Of a stretch of DNA of 64,000 nt, positions 62,001 through 64,000 are shown one piece after another. The position numbers and the translations under genes are program-made. The notes beneath the pieces are model-generated. The model was given only the letters and a program-made list of their open reading frames with translations, had not been told where the DNA came from and ran no database searches. This DNA comes from Octopus vulgaris (Eukaryota), in the NCBI GenBank assembly GCA_951406725.2, contig OX597817.1, positions 168,206,001-168,270,000 of the forward strand. Reading direction: 5' to 3'. Every line of letters begins with the position of its first letter. Positions within the stretch are counted from its first letter, which is position 1.

Positions 62001-63823
62001 TCAGGGGGTAACTCTCTAGGTGCGAACCCATGGTCAGTGTCTGACCGAAGGGGGTCACCACCATATGTAATATATAATGGAGTAAAGTGAAAATAACAGA
62101 CTGTATGATGTTTTCTTAATGGCTACAATACATCTACTACTGTACAATTTTTTAGTTTCCTCTCATATCAAATCACTCATACAAACGTTTGGATTAGATT
62201 GGATTGCCTATGTTCAGTTCACTGCAAGATGAAGGCTTCAAGTTGCTCTCCATCAACAACAGTGTGATGTAGAAGCTGTGAATTTGAGCTTCAGATCATA
62301 TTGGTATGATGAGCCTGTTCTGCCACACTTGCTTGATATGGCTTATCAGAGGGGTGCAGTTGTTTTCGTTCCTTTTTTTCTTCTATACTCTTAACCAGGA
62401 GTATTTTAAGTTGATTACATCGACCCTCAAATGCTCAACCTTATTTATCAACCCCCAAAAGGATAAAAATCAAGTCAGTCACAGCAGAATTTGAACTCGA
62501 AATGTAAAGACAGATGAAATATCACTAAGCATTTTGCCAGCTTGCTGCCAAACATAAAATAGAAATTTTTAAAAAGGGGCCACTTCATCAGCTGAACTAG
62601 GAAACTGTTACCTCCACTCAAATTGATTTGATGCAATTAACCTAAAGACTCTCTACATTTCTCTACAGGTGACAATCTACAGAAATTCTAACTGAACATG
62701 AATTGCCTTGTTCTAAATGATGTGAAGAATAGGTTGTGTAAGGGTGTTATGTAGCTAACAAAATTGCCCCATCAGGCATCATAGAAATACTTAATATTTT
62801 GAGAAGAGTTGTTATTAAGATTATAATTTTCTAAGTTACTGTTTTACTTGTTTCAGTCATTTGACTGCAGCCATGCTGGAGCACCGCCTTTAATTGAGCA
62901 AATCGTCCCCGGGACTTATTCTTTGTAAGCCCAGTACTTATTCTATCGGTCTCTTTTTGCCGAACCGCTAAGTGACGGGGACGTAAACACACCAGCATCG
63001 GTTGTCAAGCAATGCTAGGGGGACAAACACACACACACAAACATATACACACACTTATATATATATATATACATATATACGACAGGCTTCTTTCAGTTTC
63101 CGTCTACCAAATCCACTTACAAGGCATTGGTCGGCCCGGGGCTATAGCAGAAGACACTTGCCCAAGATGCCACGCAGTGGGACTGAACCCGGAACCATGT
63201 GGTTGGTTAGCAAGCTACTTACCACACAGCCACTCCTGCGCCTAAGTTATTAACTTCATCTTTAGTATACATCTTTATACAATGTTTGCCCTCTTGATCA
63301 TCATCAGTTGTTCTAATTCTGGATAACTATGTAAATTTGTGCCTGACTGGATTCAAACTAGAAACCTCTCAGCTGTAAACTAAAGGCAGAACAGCTATTA
63401 TTTCAGATGTTGATTCCATAAACAATCCTTTTTCTTTCTTTTTTTTTAGTTATCTTATTGTCAGCCTAACTGGTTTGCTCTCTCCAATAAAGACCATATT
63501 GTCAAGTGGCTTGTCCTCTATAAATGCAGGGTGTTCAGGCTAAATTTGGCAGTTTGCATAAAAGGTAATATATAATGGAGTAAAGTGAAAATAACAGACT
63601 GTATGATGTTTTCTTAATGGCTACAATCCATCTACTACTGTACAATTTTTTAGTTTCATCTCAGATCAAATCACTCATACAAACATTTGGATTAGATTGG
63701 ATTGCCTATGTTCAGTTCTCTGCAAGATGAAGGCTTCAAGTTCTCGCCTTCAACCACATGCAAAAATATCTAATTTAAAAAATCAAAAATTATCAAATAG
63801 ATTATGGCTGAGATGTAACAGTT

Positions 63824-64000
63824 TACCCGAAGTAGCTACCCTCAGTTTCCACCATGGTCTCGAGATGGCTCCAGAACCTGGCACATGCATTTCTCACCAT
63901 CTCGCTGTGAAGATCTTCAAACACCTCTTTGATCTTGACCAGCAGTTGATGTCTTTCTCAACCACATACACACACTACTCCATAGAATTACAATTGGGGG
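63824..64000 (-). mobile_element. Tc1/mariner transposase C-terminal remnant
   Basis: Minus strand PNCNSME*CV..VEKDIN (SPDCNPLD-like), then LLVKIKEVFEDLHSEMVRNACARFWSHLETMVETEGSYFG*. Confidence 0.75.

Overview
Eukaryotic, AT-rich, repeat-dense genomic DNA. The SINE/RTE landscape points to a coleoid cephalopod, probably Octopus (inference). Manual splicing recovers 14 GT-AG coding exons on the + strand (22351-54984, about 416 codons, phases consistent throughout) of the inner nuclear membrane protein MAN1/LEMD3: lumenal region, TM2, winged-helix/MSC domain, the Smad-binding KIWQGQAF motif and the C-terminal UHM/RRM. I found no LEM-domain/TM1 exon, so it probably lies upstream of the window. 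The introns hold three tRNA-derived SINE families, RTE and CR1-type LINE fragments, a Neptune-like Penelope element, Tc1/mariner remnants, TTAA (piggyBac-type) MITEs, non-autonomous Helitrons and palindromic MITEs. The last intron is almost entirely a 32-bp minisatellite of about 88 units. Most interesting: three minimal type I hammerhead ribozyme motifs linked to Penelope-like pLTRs; an RTE 3' UTR made of modular hairpin repeats; a fold-back retrotransposition scar; a symmetric 39-nt micro-exon next to the Smad-binding motif; and many intronic inverted repeats (candidate ADAR/back-splicing substrates). Nearly all of the supplied ORF track is repeat-derived noise. I found no convincing wholly new system.
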